A program made the position numbers and the translations under genes. A stretch of 64,000 nucleotides of DNA from Octopus vulgaris (lineage: Eukaryota): NCBI GenBank assembly GCA_951406725.2, contig OX597827.1:58156001-58220000 (forward strand), in the 5' to 3' direction. This document shows positions 62,295 through 64,000 of the stretch, piece after piece; within the stretch, counting starts at the first letter, position 1, and each line of letters starts with the position of its first letter. The notes beneath the pieces were generated by a model. That model saw nothing but the letters and a program-made list of their open reading frames with translations. It ran no database searches and was not told the DNA's origin.

Positions 62295-63625
62295 TATCGA
62301 AATTTTCCAAGCTGAAGTGCTGAGTAATTTCACTTTTTTCAGAAAAATGTTTCTAAAAAGTTATAGAGGCTTAAAATTTGATCATTTTCACCCGATCAGG
62401 AAACAGGATTTGGAAGTTGTAATTTTGTGTGACTGCAAAATTTGTTGTCAACATCCTGAAAATAGCACGTGTTGTCAACATTTGTAAACAATACGTCTTT
62501 TGTAGTTTGAAGCATTCAATATGCATTTAATGTGTCAGCAGTTATTTAGCTGTTATTTTTAGCACACCTAATAACCACTCAATGACAAAAAGAAACGTTT
62601 AAACAAGTAGTTTTAAGCATTCAATATGCTTTTAATGCAAATGCGATGAACAACATGTTACATGCAATAAACACATTACAATTTTTTCTCACAAATGGTT
62701 TCAATACAGTTTCAACAAAGATTTGGAAGAATTAGATGAACGTTCTCCAGTAATTTTCTTTTGTATAAATAAATGTTTTAGTTAATTAAAAAATTTGCCA
62801 GCATAATCTTATAAAATGACAATGTTGTTAAAGATGTACATGTTTATGTGTTATATATGCAAATAAGAGTGAACAAAATATGCTTAAAAACAAGCATTTA
62901 AGCATGCAATAAGCAGCACATTACAAAATATTTTAAAAATTAAAAACGAAAGTTAGAAATGCATTCAATTAATATCAAACAAATCACAATTTTCGTATCT
63001 CCTGCACCACATAAATTCACAGAGATATGAATCTACCATAGAATGGTGGCTGCCACGGCGTCGTTTATTACTTCACTTCACAGAGGCCTATGCATTCGCC
63101 ACTTGTTGAGTGTGGGTACCATCTTTTGGGTTAACAAGAAAAATGAAAGAGTAAACAACACGCCTTTTGTAATTTTAAGCATTTAATATGCATTGATTGT
63201 GATAGCTCAAACTTAAAAGATTTATCTAAAAACAAAACAGCACATTACAAGTTAAATATTTTTACGAAACAAACATTTTGTTGACCAGTTCATTGAAAAT
63301 GAAAGTTAAAAATGCATTCAATCAGTTTCTCAAACAAATCACAATTTTCATACATCCTGTGCTCCATAAATTCACATGCTTTCTCGCAGACAAAAGAGTT
63401 CTCATGCTCTTCTTGTTACTATGGAAACAGGCATGAATGTGTCTGTGGCTTTCGATTGGCTAAAATTACCAAAATTTTGAAACTTTAATTGCTAATAACT
63501 TTATGTATTGATTTATAGCAAAAATGATTTTCATATTATTCATTAACCAGTAAAAATGTGTCATTACACTGAATATGAAATCAATTTGAACAGAATTGAT
63601 GCTGGTAGCAAAACCAACTAGATTT
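62295..63625. mobile_element. Unclassified DNA-transposon-like insert with internal direct repeats, splitting a SINE B
   Basis: SINE B (minus) at 62240-62290 appears to resume near 63625; internal repeats at 62915-63020 and 63238-63375; recurrent aagcatt(c/t)aatatgc. Confidence 0.4.
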
Positions 63626-63865
63626 GAATTTCAACTTAGAATGTAAAAGTGGATGAAATACCGCTAAGCATTTTGTTTGGCATGCTAACAATTCTACCAG
63701 GGCCAGTAATTTCGGGGGTGGGGCTTATTCAATTAGATTGACCCCCACTGCTCAACTGGTACTTATTTTATTGGCTTCAAAACAACAAAAATTTGAACTC
63801 GGAACATAAAGATGGTCAAAATGCATTTTGTCCAGCATGCTAACAATTCTACCAGCTCACTGCCA
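63625..63865 (-). mobile_element. Tandem SINE family B fragments
   Basis: ctaagcattttg...gcatgctaacaattctaccag occurs twice. Confidence 0.75.
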
Positions 63866-64000
63866 TAATAATAGTAATAATAACATAGTGTTGTAAAGTT
63901 TCACATTGCAGGACCAGTAAATTATATGTAAAACATGTTCAAGCTGTATATAACATGTTAAAGCATGTATTCTACAAGGAAAGTCAAATTATTCAGCTTT

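Overview
AT-rich, repeat-dense animal genomic DNA. The SINE and MITE repertoire looks like that of a coleoid cephalopod, probably Octopus; this is inferred from recognised repeat patterns, not from a database search. Only one convincing host coding exon is present: + strand, 18432-18635, 204 nt, phase 0/0. It encodes a segment of the N-terminal region of a JMJD1C/KDM3-type JmjC histone demethylase, so the window is probably very long introns of that gene. The rest holds several tRNA-derived SINE families (labelled A-H here), CR1-group LINE remnants, Penelope-like RT/GIY-YIG remnants, mariner, hAT, piggyBac-type and Helitron-like non-autonomous elements, and microsatellites. Almost all ORFs in the supplied track are spurious or TE-derived. 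The most striking structure is a young ~610-bp non-coding insertion at 2551-3161. It is a 473-bp monomer plus a ~120-bp terminal repeat, inserted in the (TA)n tract of a SINE. It carries a type I hammerhead ribozyme on the minus strand whose predicted cleavage site is 6 nt from the repeat boundary, making it a candidate retrozyme or non-autonomous Penelope-type element. Also notable: a 3' tail shared between a SINE and a LINE, modular SINE hybrids, a fold-back mariner, several perfect hairpins, and a shift to CpG-retaining DNA near 48.7 kb around a promoter-like block. Coordinates of degenerate repeats are approximate.
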